From: Ostrea edulis
Taxonomy: Eukaryota
Assembly (NCBI RefSeq): GCF_947568905.1
Contig: NC_079169.1
Location: 49,724,001-49,788,000 of the forward strand
Reading direction: 5' to 3'
DNA length: 64,000 nucleotides
The notes beneath the pieces were generated by a model. It saw only the letters and a program-made list of their open reading frames with translations, did no database searches and had not been told where the DNA came from. Below are positions 27,301 to 42,300 of this stretch, in pieces; position 1 is the first letter of the stretch; every line of letters starts with the position of its first letter. The position numbers were made by a program, and so were the translations under genes.

Positions 27301-30300
27301 AAAGCGCTATATAAAACCAATCCTCATTATTATTACTGATATCATTATGCTATTTTGTAATATTCGTAGATATCGATGAGTGTTCTGACGGACCATGCCA
27401 GAATGATGGAACCTGTGTAGACCTCATCAACGATTACCAGTGTGCATGTGTTATGGGATTCAACGGCAAAAACTGTACTGTCGGTGAGTGTGCAAGAACG
27501 CAATGCACAAACGGGAACTTTTACTCCTGATGAAATAATCCAATACTTCGTTGTTGAAATTAGTCATGAAAAAGTTTTAATCATGACTACGAAGTGTGTT
27601 GCATTGGTTGACGATATGAATTGTATTACATTATGCACGAAGGAGCACTATTCAGTGGTAGAAATTGCAGAAACAGTTATTGTTTTATTCATGCCTTGCC
27701 GATTGTTGTAGATATCGATGAATGTGTTGACCAACCTTGTGAGAACAATGGAACATGCGTGGATCTCATCAATGGTTACGAATGTCAATGTGCGTCAGGA
27801 TTGAATGGAACCAACTGCACGCAAAGTAAGGAGATTGTATATAGTGTATGCATCAGAAAGGGCACATGTTTTCAAATATGATGCTGGCTATTGACTACCT
27901 GTAACGTATTTAACGTATTGAGTACGTATCAAATGTTTGCAAATTCACAAAGCGTTTCTTTGGGACTAAATTTTAATCTCTTTTAGTTTATTGCATTCGT
28001 AAAGCACGTTTGATTTTAAGTTTGTACAAATTATTATTGTAAGGAATGAATCACAAAAATTCAAGGAGAAAGTAAAATTATTTCATTTTAAGGAAATGGT
28101 ATATACGTGGACATGTATGTAGTGATAATGGACAAAAACAGTTTTCCCCTCAAAATCTGGTACAAATTACACGCTTTTTGAAATGGAAACATCTTGGATT
28201 TCTCAACGAAAATTGAAAGTAATCGACACATTCTTGAAGTGGTGTATCTTATTAAATTGACAAATTATGCCCTGGTTTACCTTTCTGTTTGATACTTTTG
28301 ACATTTTTGCCAAGATTTAAAAAGAAACATCACTGTTTCGCTACACTATGAAACAGTAGAAAGACCTTGACGACATTTAATCGTCGTAAAATAGTCTTAA
28401 AATATACTGACGTCAGTAATTGAAACGCTGTTCTGATGCCTACAGAGTGTATTTCATTGGTTGATTTTATGAATGGTGTTACATTATCCACCAAGTATTG
28501 GGTCAGAGGAAATGCAGAAAGAATTATTCTATATCTATGCCCTGCGCATTGTTGCAGATATCGATGACTGTATTGACCAACCATGCGAGAACAATGGAAC
28601 ATGCGTGGATCTCGTCAATGACTACAAATGTCAATGCGTGGCAGGATTTAATGGAACCAACTGCACAGAAAGTAAGGAGATTGGGTATCAGAATGGACAC
28701 ACTTTTTGAAATATGATACTGAATATTAACAAAGGGTGTCTTGGTGATTATTCTTGCTTGGTTTTAATTTTTGGCATTGGTAAATCACGTTTGATTTGAA
28801 GTCTGTACAAACTATTATTAATAGGAACACAACAATTTAAAAAGAAAAGAACATTATTTCATTTTAATGAAATCGTATAAATGTACTGACAACGGATCGA
28901 AATAGAGTGTTCCCTCAAAAGATGTTACAAATTGCAGGATTTTTGTTATTTCAATGCCTTGGGTTTCTACAAAAATTGAAAATAATGAACACATCATTCA
29001 ATTCGTGTATCTTTTCATGAAAAAAGATCCTTTCTTTGCTGATATAGAATCTATTTCATTTCAGATATAGATGGGTGTGTGGCGGAACCTTGTCAGAACA
29101 ATGGAACATGCATAGATCAAATTAATACCTACGAATGTCAATGTGTTCCGGGATTTAATTGGACTCACTGCGAGAATAGTAAGTTTCATCAAAATGCAGT
29201 TGAAAATAATTGGCCGAAAACTTGTGTGTTAAGGTGATGTTATTGTACGCTATATGCCACAATTTTCTTTGAAATTCAGATATGGATGAATGTGCTGGGG
29301 ATCCTTGTCAAAACAACGGAACGTGTGTGGACCTTGTAAACAACTACCAGTGTGATTGTGTCCCTGGTTTTGCAGACACAAACTGTTCAACAAGTAAAGT
29401 CTATTTTACCCATCTACATTCAATTTCAATGTCAAATACGCAAGGTTAAGTGAAGTGTTCGTTGGTGGCGTCGGTGACCTAGTGGTTAGGCTGTCAGACG
29501 CGCGACCGAAAGGTCTTGGGTTGGAGTCCTGGCCGTGGCAGGGCCGACGTTTTGTTCTTGGGAAAGGCACTTTACATGAATTTCCTCACTCCACCCAAGT
29601 GTAAAAGGGGTACCTGGCTATAGACAGTGAAAGATAATGTTAGAATGTTATTGCTTCAACGCCTTAACGGCACCTTACACTGTATGCTTCCCAGGAAGCT
29701 AAGAAATTTCTACATTGATATAAGGTCTGCCAGGGTAATAATGTATTGTAAAGCGCTTTGAACAGCTGGAAAAAGCGGTATATAAAACCAATCCTCATTA
29801 TTATTATTAATATCATTATGCTATTTTGTAATATTCGTAGATATCGATGAGTGTTCTGACGGACCATGCCAGAATGATGGAACCTGTGTAGACCTCATCA
29901 ACGATTACCAGTGTGCATGTGTTATGGGATTCAACGGCAAAAACTGTACTGTCGGTGAGTGTGCAAGAACGCAATGCACAAACGGGAACTTTTACTCCTG
30001 ATGAAATAATCCAATACTTCGTTGTTGAAATTAGTCATGAAAAAGTTTTAATCATGACTACGAAGTGTGTTGCATTGGTTGACGATATGAATTGTATTAC
30101 ATTATGCACGAAGGAGCACTATTCAGTGGTAGAAATTGCAGAAACAGTTATTGTTTTATTCATGCCTTGCCGATTGTTGTAGATATCGATGAATGTGTTG
30201 ACCAACCTTGTGAGAACAATGGAACATGCGTGGATCTCATCAATGGTTACGAATGTCAATGTGCGTCAGGATTGAATGGAACCAACTGCACGCAAAGTAA

Positions 30301-33300
30301 GGAGATTGTATATAGTGTATGCATCAGAAAGGGCACATGTTTTCAAATATGATGCTGGCTATTGACTACCTGTAACGTATTTAACGTATTGAGTACGTAT
30401 CAAATGTTTGCAAATTCACAACGCGTTTCTTTGGGACTAAATTTTAATCTCTTTTAGTTTATTGCATTCGTAAAGCACGTTTGATTTTAAGTTTGTACAA
30501 ATTATTATTGTAAGGAATGAATCACAAAAATTCAAGGAGAAAGTAAAATTATTTCATTTTAAGGAAATGGTATATACGTGGACATGTATGTAGTGATAAT
30601 GGACAAAAACAGTTTTCCCCTCAAAATCTGGTACAAATTACACGCTTTTTGAAATGGAAACATCTTGGATTTCTCAACGAAAATTGAAAGTAATCGACAC
30701 ATTCTTGAAGTGGTGTATCTTATTAAATTGACAGACAAATTATGCCCTGGTTTACTTTTTTGTTTGATACTTTTGACATTTTTGCCAAGATTTAAAAAGA
30801 AACATCACTGTTTCGCTACACTATGAAACAGTAGAAAGACCTTGACGACATTTAATCGTCGTAAAATAGTCTTAAAATATACTGACGTCAGTAATTGAAA
30901 CGCTGTTCTGATGCCTACAGAGTGTATTTCATTGGTTGATTTTATGAATGGTGTTACATTATCCACCAAGTATTGGGTCAGAGGAAATGCAGAAAGAATT
31001 ATTCTATATCTATGCCCTGCGCATTGTTGCAGATATCGATGACTGTATTGACCAACCATGCGAGAACAATGGAACATGCGTGGATCTCGTCAATGGCTAC
31101 AAATGTCAATGCGTGGCAGGATTTAATGGAACCAACTGCACAGAAAGTAAGGAGATTGGGTATCAGAATGGACACGCTTTTTGAAATATGATACTGAATA
31201 TTGACAAAGGGTGTCTTGGTGATTATTCTTGCTTGGTTTTAATTTTTGGCATTGGTAAATCACGTTTGATTTGAAGTCTGTACAAACTATTATTAATAGG
31301 AACACAACAATTTAAAAAGAAAAGAACATTATTTCATTTTAATGAAATCGTATAAATGTACTGACAACGGATCGAAATAGAGTGTTCCCTCAAAAGATGT
31401 TACAAATTGCAGGATTTTTGTTATTTCAATGCCTTGGGTTTCTACAAAAATTGAAAATAATGAACACATCATTCAATTCGTGTATCTTTTCATGAAAAAA
31501 GATCCTTTCTTTGCTGATATAGAATCTATTTCATTTCAGATATAGATGGGTGTGTGGCGGAACCTTGTCAGAACAATGGAACATGCATAGATCAAATTAA
31601 TACCTACGAATGTCAATGTGTTCCGGGATTTAATTGGACTCACTGCGAGAATAGTAAGTTTCATCAAAATGCAGTTGAAAATAATTGGCCGAAAACTTGT
31701 GTGTTAAGGTGATGTTATTGTACGCTATATGCCACAATTTTCTTTGAAATTCAGATATGGATGAATGTGCTGGGGATCCTTGTCAAAACAACGGAACGTG
31801 TGTGGACCTTGTAAACAACTACCAGTGTGATTGTGTCCCTGGTTTTGCAGACACAAACTGTTCAACAAGTAAAGTCTATTTTACCCATCTACATTCAATT
31901 TCAATGTCAAATACGCAAGGTTAAGTGAAGTGTTCGTTGGTGGCGTCGGTGACCTAGTGGTTAGGCTGTCAGACGCGCGACCGAAAGGTCTTGGGTTGGA
32001 GTCCTGGCCGTGGCAGGGCCGACGTTTTGTTCTTGGGAAAGGCACTTTACATGAATTTCCTCACTCCACCCAAGTGTAAAAGGGGTACCTGGCTATAGAC
32101 AGTGAAAGATAATGTTAGAATGTTATTGCTCCAGCGCCTTAACGGCACCTTACACTGTATGCTTCCCAGGAAGCTGAGAAATTTCTAGATTGATACAAGG
32201 TCTGCCAGGGTAATAATGTATTGTAAAGCGCTTTGAACAGCTGGAAAAAGCGCTATATAAAACCAATCCTCATTATTATTACTGATATCATTATGCTATT
32301 TTGTAATATTCGTAGATATCGATGAGTGTTCTGACGGACCATGCCAGAATGATGGAACCTGTGTAGACCTCATCAACGATTACCAGTGTGCATGTGTTAT
32401 GGGATTCAACGGCAAAAACTGTACTGTCGGTGAGTGTGCAAGAACGCAATGCACAAACGGGAACTTTTACTCCTGATGAAATAATCCAATACTTCGTTGT
32501 TGAAATTAGTCATGAAAAAGTTTTAATCATGACTACGAAGTGTGTTGCATTGGTTGACGATATGAATTGTATTACATTATGCACGAAGGAGCACTATTCA
32601 GTGGTAGAAATTGCAGAAACAGTTATTGTTTTATTCATGCCTTGCCGATTGTTGTAGATATCGATGAATGTGTTGACCAACCTTGTGAGAACAATGGAAC
32701 ATGCGTGGATCTCATCAATGGTTACGAATGTCAATGTGCGTCAGGATTGAATGGAACCAACTGCACGCAAAGTAAGGAGATTGTATATAGTGTATGCATC
32801 AGAAAGGGCACATGTTTTCAAATATGATGCTGGCTATTGACTACCTGTAACGTATTTAACGTATTGAGTACGTATCAAATGTTTGCAAATTCACAAAGCG
32901 TTTCTTTGGGACTAAATTTTAATCTCTTTTAGTTTATTGCATTCGTAAAGCACGTTTGATTTTAAGTTTGTACAAATTATTATTGTAAGGAATGAATCAC
33001 AAAAATTCAAGGAGAAAGTAAAATTATTTCATTTTAAGGAAATGGTATATACGTGGACATGTATGTAGTGATAATGGACAAAAACAGTTTTCCCCTCAAA
33101 ATCTGGTACAAATTACACGCTTTTTGAAATGGAAACATCTTGGATTTCTCAACGAAAATTGAAAGTAATCGACACATTCTTGAAGTGGTGTATCTTATTA
33201 AATTGACAGACAAATTATGCCCTGGTTTACTTTTTTGTTTGATACTTTTGACATTTTTGCCAAGATTTAAAAAGAAACATCACTGTTTCGCTACACTATG

Positions 33301-36300
33301 AAACAGTAGAAAGACCTTGACGACATTTAATCGTCGTAAAATAGTCTTAAAATATACTGACGTCAGTAATTGAAACGCTGTTCTGATGCCTACAGAGTGT
33401 ATTTCATTGGTTGATTTTATGAATGGTGTTACATTATCCACCAAGTATTGGGTCAGAGGAAATGCAGAAAGAATTATTCTATATCTATGCCCTGCGCATT
33501 GTTGCAGATATCGATGACTGTATTGACCAACCATGCGAGAACAATGGAACATGCGTGGATCTCGTCAATGACTACAAATGTCAATGCGTGGCAGGATTTA
33601 ATGGAACCAACTGCACAGAAAGTAAGGAGATTGGGTATCAGAATGGACACACTTTTTGAAATATGATACTGAATATTAACAAAGGGTGTCTTGGTGATTA
33701 TTCTTGCTTGGTTTTAATTTTTGGCATTGGTAAATCACGTTTGATTTGAAGTCTGTACAAACTATTATTAATAGGAACACAACAATTTAAAAAGAAAAGA
33801 ACATTATTTCATTTTAATGAAATCGTATAAATGTACTGACAACGGATCGAAATAGAGTATTCCCTCAAAAGATGTTACAAATTGCAGGATTTTTGTTATT
33901 TCAATGCCTTGGGTTTCTACAAAAATTGAAAATAATGAACACATCATTCAATTCGTGTATCTTTTCATGAAAAAAGATCCTTTCTTTGCTGATATAGAAT
34001 CTATTTCATTTCAGATATAGATGGGTGTGTGGCGGAACCTTGTCAGAACAATGGAACATGCATAGATCAAATTAATACCTACGAATGTCAATGTGTTCCG
34101 GGATTTAATTGGACTCACTGCGAGAATAGTAAGTTTCATCAAAATGCAGTTGAAAATAATTGGCCGAAAACTTGTGTGTTAAGGTGATGTTATTGTACGC
34201 TATATCCCACAATTTTCTTTGAAATTCAGATATGGATGAATGTGCTGGGGATCCTTGTCAAAACAACGGAACGTGTGTGGACCTTGTAAACAACTACCAG
34301 TGTGATTGTGTCCCTGGTTTTGCAGACACAAACTGTTCAACAAGTAAAGTCTATTTTACCCATCTACATTCAATTTCAATGTCAAATACGCAAGGTTAAG
34401 TGAAGTGTTCGTTGGTGGCGTCGGTGACCTAGTGGTTAGGCTGTCAGACGCGCGACCGAAAGGTCTTGGGTTGGAGTCCTGGCCGTGGCAGGGCCGACGT
34501 TTTGTTCTTGGGAAAGGCACTTTACATGAATTTCCTCACTCCACCCAAGTGTAAAAGGGGTACCTGGCTATAGACAGTGAAAGATAATGTTAGAATGTTA
34601 TTGCTCCAGCGCCTTAACGGCACCTTACACTGTATGCTTCCCAGGAAGCTGAGAAATTTCTAGATTGATACAAGGTCTGCCAGGGTAATAATGTATTGTA
34701 AAGCGCTTTGAACAGCTGGAAAAAGCGCTATATAAAACCAATCCTCATTATTATTACTGATATCATTATGCTATTTTGTAATATTCGTAGATATCGATGA
34801 GTGTTCTGACGGACCATGCCAGAATGATGGAACCTGTGTAGACCTCATCAACGATTACCAGTGTGCATGTGTTATGGGATTCAACGGCAAAAACTGTACT
34901 GTCGGTGAGTGTGCAAGAACGCAATGCACAAACGGGAACTTTTACTCCTGATGAAATAATCCAATACTTCGTTGTTGAAATTAGTCATGAAAAAGTTTTA
35001 ATCATGACTACGAAGTGTGTTGCATTGGTTGACGATATGAATTGTATTACATTATGCACGAAGGAGCACTATTCAGTGGTAGAAATTGCAGAAACAGTTA
35101 TTGTTTTATTCATGCCTTGCCGATTGTTGTAGATATCGATGAATGTGTTGACCAACCTTGTGAGAACAATGGAACATGCGTGGATCTCATCAATGGTTAC
35201 GAATGTCAATGTGCGTCAGGATTGAATGGAACCAACTGCACGCAAAGTAAGGAGATTGTATATAGTGTATGCATCAGAAAGGGCACATGTTTTCAAATAT
35301 GATGCTGGCTATTGACTACCTGTAACGTATTTAACGTATTGAGTACGTATCAAATGTTTGCAAATTCACAACGCGTTTCTTTGGGACTAAATTTTAATCT
35401 CTTTTAGTTTATTGCATTCGTAAAGCACGTTTGATTTTAAGTTTGTACAAATTATTATTGTAAGGAATGAATCACAAAAATTCAAGGAGAAAGTAAAATT
35501 ATTTCATTTTAAGGAAATGGTATATACGTGGACATGTATGTAGTGATAATGGACAAAAACAGTTTTCCCCTCAAAATCTGGTACAAATTACACGCTTTTT
35601 GAAATGGAAACATCTTGGATTTCTCAACGAAAATTGAAAGTAATCGACACATTCTTGAAGTGGTGTATCTTATTAAATTGACAGACAAATTATGCCCTGG
35701 TTTACTTTTTTGTTTGATACTTTTGACATTTTTGCCAAGATTTAAAAAGAAACATCACTGTTTCGCTACCCTATGAAACAGTAGAAAGACCTTGACGACA
35801 TTTAATCGTCGTAAAATAGTCTTAAAATATACTGACGTCAGTAATTGAAACGCTGTTCTGATGCCTACAGAGTGTATTTCATTGGTTGATTTTATGAATG
35901 GTGTTACATTATCCACCAAGTATTGGGTCAGAGGAAATGCAGAAAGAATTATTCTATATCTATGCCCTGCGCATTGTTGCAGATATCGATGACTGTATTG
36001 ACCAACCATGCGAGAACAATGGAACATGCGTGGATCTCGTCAATGACTACAAATGTCAATGCGTGGCAGGATTTAATGGAACCAACTGCACAGAAAGTAA
36101 GGAGATTGGGTATCAGAATGGACACACTTTTTGAAATATGATACTGAATATTGACAAAGGGTGTCTTGGTGATTATTCTTGCTTGGTTTTAATTTTTGGC
36201 ATTGGTAAATCACGTTTGATTTGAAGTCTGTACAAACTATTATTAATAGGAACACAACAATTTAAAAAGAAAAGAACATTATTTCATTTTAATGAAATCG

Positions 36301-39300
36301 TATAAATGTACTGACAACGGATCGAAATAGAGTGTTCCCTCAAAAGATGTTACAAATTGCAGGATTTTTGTTATTTCAATGCCTTGGGTTTCTACAAAAA
36401 TTGAAAATAATGAACACATCATTCAATTCGTGTATCTTTTCATGAAAAAAGATCCTTTCTTTGCTGATATAGAATCTATTTCATTTCAGATATAGATGGG
36501 TGTGTGGCGGAACCTTGTCAGAACAATGGAACATGCATAGATCAAATTAATACCTACGAATGTCAATGTGTTCCGGGATTTAATTGGACTCACTGCGAGA
36601 ATAGTAAGTTTCATCAAAATGCAGTTGAAAATGATTGGCCGAAAACTTGTGTGTTAAGGTGATGTTATTGTACGCTATATCCCACAATTTTCTTTGAAAT
36701 TCAGATATGGATGAATGTGCTGGGGATCCTTGTCAAAACAACGGAACGTGTGTGGACCTTGTAAACAACTACCAGTGTGATTGTGTCCCTGGTTTTGCAG
36801 ACACAAACTGTTCAACAAGTAAAGTCTATTTTACCCATCTACATTCAATTTCAATGTCAAATACGCAAGGTTAAGTGAAGTGTTCGTTGGTGGCGTCGGT
36901 GACCTAGTGGTTAGGCTGTCAGACGCGCGACCGAAAGGTCTTGGGTTGGAGTCCTGGCCGTGGCAGGGCCGACGTTTTGTTCTTGGGAAAGGCACTTTAC
37001 ATGAATTTCCTCACTCCACCCAAGTGTAAAAGGGGTACCTGGCTATAGACAGTGAAAGATAATGTTAGAATGTTATTGCTCCAGCGCCTTAACGGCACCT
37101 TACACTGTATGCTTCCCAGGAAGCTGAGAAATTTCTAGATTGATACAAGGTCTGCCAGGGTAATAATGTATTGTAAAGCGCTTTGAACAGCTGGAAAAAG
37201 CGCTATATAAAACCAATCCTCATTATTATTACTGATATCATTATGCTATTTTGTAATATTCGTAGATATCGATGAGTGTTCTGACGGACCATGCCAGAAT
37301 GATGGAACCTGTGTAGACCTCATCAACGATTACCAGTGTGCATGTGTTATGGGATTCAACGGCAAAAACTGTACTGTCGGTGAGTGTGCAAGAACGCAAT
37401 GCACAAACGGGAACTTTTACTCCTGATGAAATAATCCAATACTTCGTTGTTGAAATTAGTCATGAAAAAGTTTTAATCATGACTACGAAGTGTGTTGCAT
37501 TGGTTGATGATATGAATTGTATTACATTATGCACGAAGGAGCACTATTCAGTGGTAGAAATTGCAGAAACAGTTATTGTTTTATTCATGCCTTGCCGATT
37601 GTTGTAGATATCGATGAATGTGTTGACCAACCTTGTGAGAACAATGGAACATGCGTGGATCTCATCAATGGTTACGAATGTCAATGTGCGTCAGGATTGA
37701 ATGGAACCAACTGCACGCAAAGTAAGGAGATTGTATATAGTGTATGCATCAGAAAGGGCACATGTTTTCAAATATGATGCTGGCTATTGACTACCTGTAA
37801 CGTATTTAACGTATTGAGTACGTATCAAATGTTTGCAAATTCACAACGCGTTTCTTTGGGACTAAATTTTAATCTCTTTTAGTTTATTGCATTCGTAAAG
37901 CACGTTTGATTTTAAGTTTGTACAAATTATTATTGTAAGGAATGAATCACAAAAATTCAAGGAGAAAGTAAAATTATTTCATTTTAAGGAAATGGTATAT
38001 ACGTGGACATGTATGTAGTGATAATGGACAAAAACAGTTTTCCCCTCAAAATCTGGTACAAATTACACGCTTTTTGAAATGGAAACATCTTGGATTTCTC
38101 AACGAAAATTGAAAGTAATCGACACATTCTTGAAGTGGTGTATCTTATTAAATTGACAGACAAATTATGCCCTGGTTTACTTTTTTGTTTGATACTTTTG
38201 ACATTTTTGCCAAGATTTAAAAAGAAACATCACTGTTTCGCTACCCTATGAAACAGTAGAAAGACCTTGACGACATTTAATCGTCGTAAAATAGTCTTAA
38301 AATATACTGACGTCAGTAATTGAAACGCTGTTCTGATGCCTACAGAGTGTATTTCATTGGTTGATTTTATGAATGGTGTTACATTATCCACCAAGTATTG
38401 GGTCAGAGGAAATGCAGAAAGAATTATTCTATATCTATGCCCTGCGCATTGTTGCAGATATCGATGACTGTATTGACCAACCATGCGAGAACAATGGAAC
38501 ATGCGTGGATCTCGTCAATGACTACAAATGTCAATGCGTGGCAGGATTTAATGGAACCAACTGCACAGAAAGTAAGGAGATTGGGTATCAGAATGGACAC
38601 ACTTTTTGAAATATGATACTGAATATTGACAAAGGGTGTCTTGGTGATTATTCTTGCTTGGTTTTAATTTTTGGCATTGGTAAATCACGTTTGATTTGAA
38701 GTCTGTACAAACTATTATTAATAGGAACACAACAATTTAAAAAGAAAAGAACATTATTTCATTTTAATGAAATCGTATAAATGTACTGACAACGGATCGA
38801 AATAGAGTGTTCCCTCAAAAGATGTTACAAATTGCAGGATTTTTGTTATTTCAATGCCTTGGGTTTCTACAAAAATTGAAAATAATGAACACATCATTCA
38901 ATTCGTGTATCTTTTCATGAAAAAAGATCCTTTCTTTGCTGATATAGAATCTATTTCATTTCAGATATAGATGGGTGTGTGGCGGAACCTTGTCAGAACA
39001 ATGGAACATGCATAGATCAAATTAATACCTACGAATGTCAATGTGTTCCGGGATTTAATTGGACTCACTGCGAGAATAGTAAGTTTCATCAAAATGCAGT
39101 TGAAAATGATTGGCCGAAAACTTGTGTGTTAAGGTGATGTTATTGTACGCTATATCCCACAATTTTCTTTGAAATTCAGATATGGATGAATGTGCTGGGG
39201 ATCCTTGTCAAAACAACGGAACGTGTGTGGACCTTGTAAACAACTACCAGTGTGATTGTGTCCCTGGTTTTGCAGACACAAACTGTTCAACAAGTAAAGT

Positions 39301-42300
39301 CTATTTTACCCATCTACATTCAATTTCAATGTCAAATACGCAAGGTTAAGTGAAGTGTTCGTTGGTGGCGTCGGTGACCTAGTGGTTAGGCTGTCAGACG
39401 CGCGACCGAAAGGTCTTGGGTTGGAGTCCTGGCCGTGGCAGGGCCGACGTTTTGTTCTTGGGAAAGGCACTTTACATGAATTTCCTCACTCCACCCAAGT
39501 GTAAAAGGGGTACCTGGCTATAGACAGTGAAAGATAATGTTAGAATGTTATTGCTCCAGCGCCTTAACGGCACCTTACACTGTATGCTTCCCAGGAAGCT
39601 GAGAAATTTCTAGATTGATATAAGGTCTGCCAGGGTAATAATGTATTGTAAAGCGCTTTGAACAGCTGGAAAAAGCGCTATATAAAACCAATCCTCATTA
39701 TTATTACTGATATCATTATGCTATTTTGTAATATTCGTAGATATCGATGAGTGTTCTGACGGACCATGCCAGAATGATGGAACCTGTGTAGACCTCATCA
39801 ACGATTACCAGTGTGCATGTGTTATGGGATTCAACGGCAAAAACTGTACTGTCGGTGAGTGTGCAAGAACGCAATGCACAAACGGGAACTTTTACTCCTG
39901 ATGAAATAATCCAATACTTCGTTGTTGAAATTAGTCATGAAAAAGTTTTAATCATGACTACGAAGTGTGTTGCATTGGTTGATGATATGAATTGTATTAC
40001 ATTATGCACGAAGGAGCACTATTCAGTGGTAGAAATTGCAGAAACAGTTATTGTTTTATTCATGCCTTGCCGATTGTTGTAGATATCGATGAATGTGTTG
40101 ACCAACCTTGTGAGAACAATGGAACATGCGTGGATCTCATCAATGGTTACGAATGTCAATGTGCGTCAGGATTGAATGGAACCAACTGCACGCAAAGTAA
40201 GGAGATTGTATATAGTGTATGCATCAGAAAGGGCACATGTTTTCAAATATGATGCTGGCTATTGACTACCTGTAACGTATTTAACGTATTGAGTACGTAT
40301 CAAATGTTTGCAAATTCACAACGCGTTTCTTTGGGACTAAATTTTAATCTCTTTTAGTTTATTGCATTCGTAAAGCACGTTTGATTTTAAGTTTGTACAA
40401 ATTATTATTGTAAAGAATGAATCACAAAAATTCAAGGAGAAAGTAAAATTATTTCATTTTAAGGAAATGGTATATACGTGGACATGTATGTAGTGATAAT
40501 GGACAAAAACAGTTTTCCCCTCAAAATCTGGTACAAATTACACGCTTTTTGAAATGGAAACATCTTGGATTTCTCAACGAAAATTGAAAGTAATCGACAC
40601 ATTCTTGAAGTGGTGTATCTTATTAAATTGACAGACAAATTATGCCCTGGTTTACTTTTTTGTTTGATACTTTTGACATTTTTGCCAAGATTTAAAAAGA
40701 AACATCACTGTTTCGCTACCCTATGAAACAGTAGAAAGACCTTGACGACATTTAATCGTCGTAAAATAGTCTTAAAATATACTGACGTCAGTAATTGAAA
40801 CGCTGTTCTGATGCCTACAGAGTGTATTTCATTGGTTGATTTTATGAATGGTGTTACATTATCCACCAAGTATTGGGTCAGAGGAAATGCAGAAAGAATT
40901 ATTCTATATCTATGCCCTGCGCATTGTTGCAGATATCGATGACTGTATTGACCAACCATGCGAGAACAATGGAACATGCGTGGATCTCATCAATGGCTAC
41001 AAATGTCAATGCGTGGCAGGATTTAATGGAACCAACTGCACAGAAAGTAAGGAGATTGGGTATCAGAATGGACACACTTTTTGAAATATGATACTGAATA
41101 TTGACAAAGGGTTTCTTGGTGATTATTCTTGCTTGGTTTTAATTTTTGGCATTGGTAAATCACGTTTGATTTGAAGTCTGTACAAACTATTATTAATAGG
41201 AACACAACAATTTAAAAAGAAAAGAACATTATTTCATTTTAATGAAATCGTATAAATGTACTGACAACGGATCGAAATAGAGTGTTCCCTCAAAAGATGT
41301 TACAAATTGCAGGATTTTTGTTATTTCAATGCCTTGGGTTTCTACAAAAATTGAAAATAATGAACACATCATTCAATTCGTGTATCTTTTCATGAAAAAA
41401 GATCCTTTCTTTGCTGATATAGAATCTATTTCATTTCAGATATAGATGGGTGTGTGGCGGAACCTTGTCAGAACAATGGAACATGCATAGATCAAATTAA
41501 TACCTACGAATGTCAATGTGTTCCGGGATTTAATTGGACTCACTGCGAGAATAGTAAGTTTCATCAAAATGCAGTTGAAAATGATTGGCCAAAAACTTGT
41601 GTGTTAAGGTGATGTTATTGTACGCTATATCCCACAATTTTCTTTGAAATTCAGATATGGATGAATGTGCTGGGGATCCTTGTCAAAACAACGGAACGTG
41701 TGTGGACCTTGTAAACAACTACCAGTGTGATTGTGTCCCTGGTTTTGCAGACACAAACTGTTCAACAAGTAAAGTCTATTTTACCCATCTACATTCAATT
41801 TCAATGTCAAATACGCAAGGTTAAGTGAAGTGTTCGTTGGTGGCGTCGGTGACCTAGTGGTTAGGCTGTCAGACGCGCGACCGAAAGGTCTTGGGTTGGA
41901 GTCCTGGCCGTGGCAGGGCCGACGTTTTGTTCTTGGGAAAGGCACTTTACATGAATTTCCTCACTCCACCCAAGTGTAAAAGGGGTACCTGGCTATAGAC
42001 AGTGAAAGATAATATTAGAATGTTATTGCTCCAGCGCCTTAACGGCACCTTACACTGTATGCTTCCCAGGAAGCTGAGAAATTTCTAGATTGATATAAGG
42101 TCTGCCAGGGTAATAATGTATTGTAAAGCGCTTTGAACAGCTGGAAAAAGCGCTATATAAAACCAATCCTCATTATTATTACTGATATCATTATGCTATT
42201 TTGTAATATTCGTAGATATCGATGAGTGTTCTGACGGACCATGCCAGAATGATGGAACCTGTGTAGACCTCATCAACGATTACCAGTGTGCATGTGTTAT

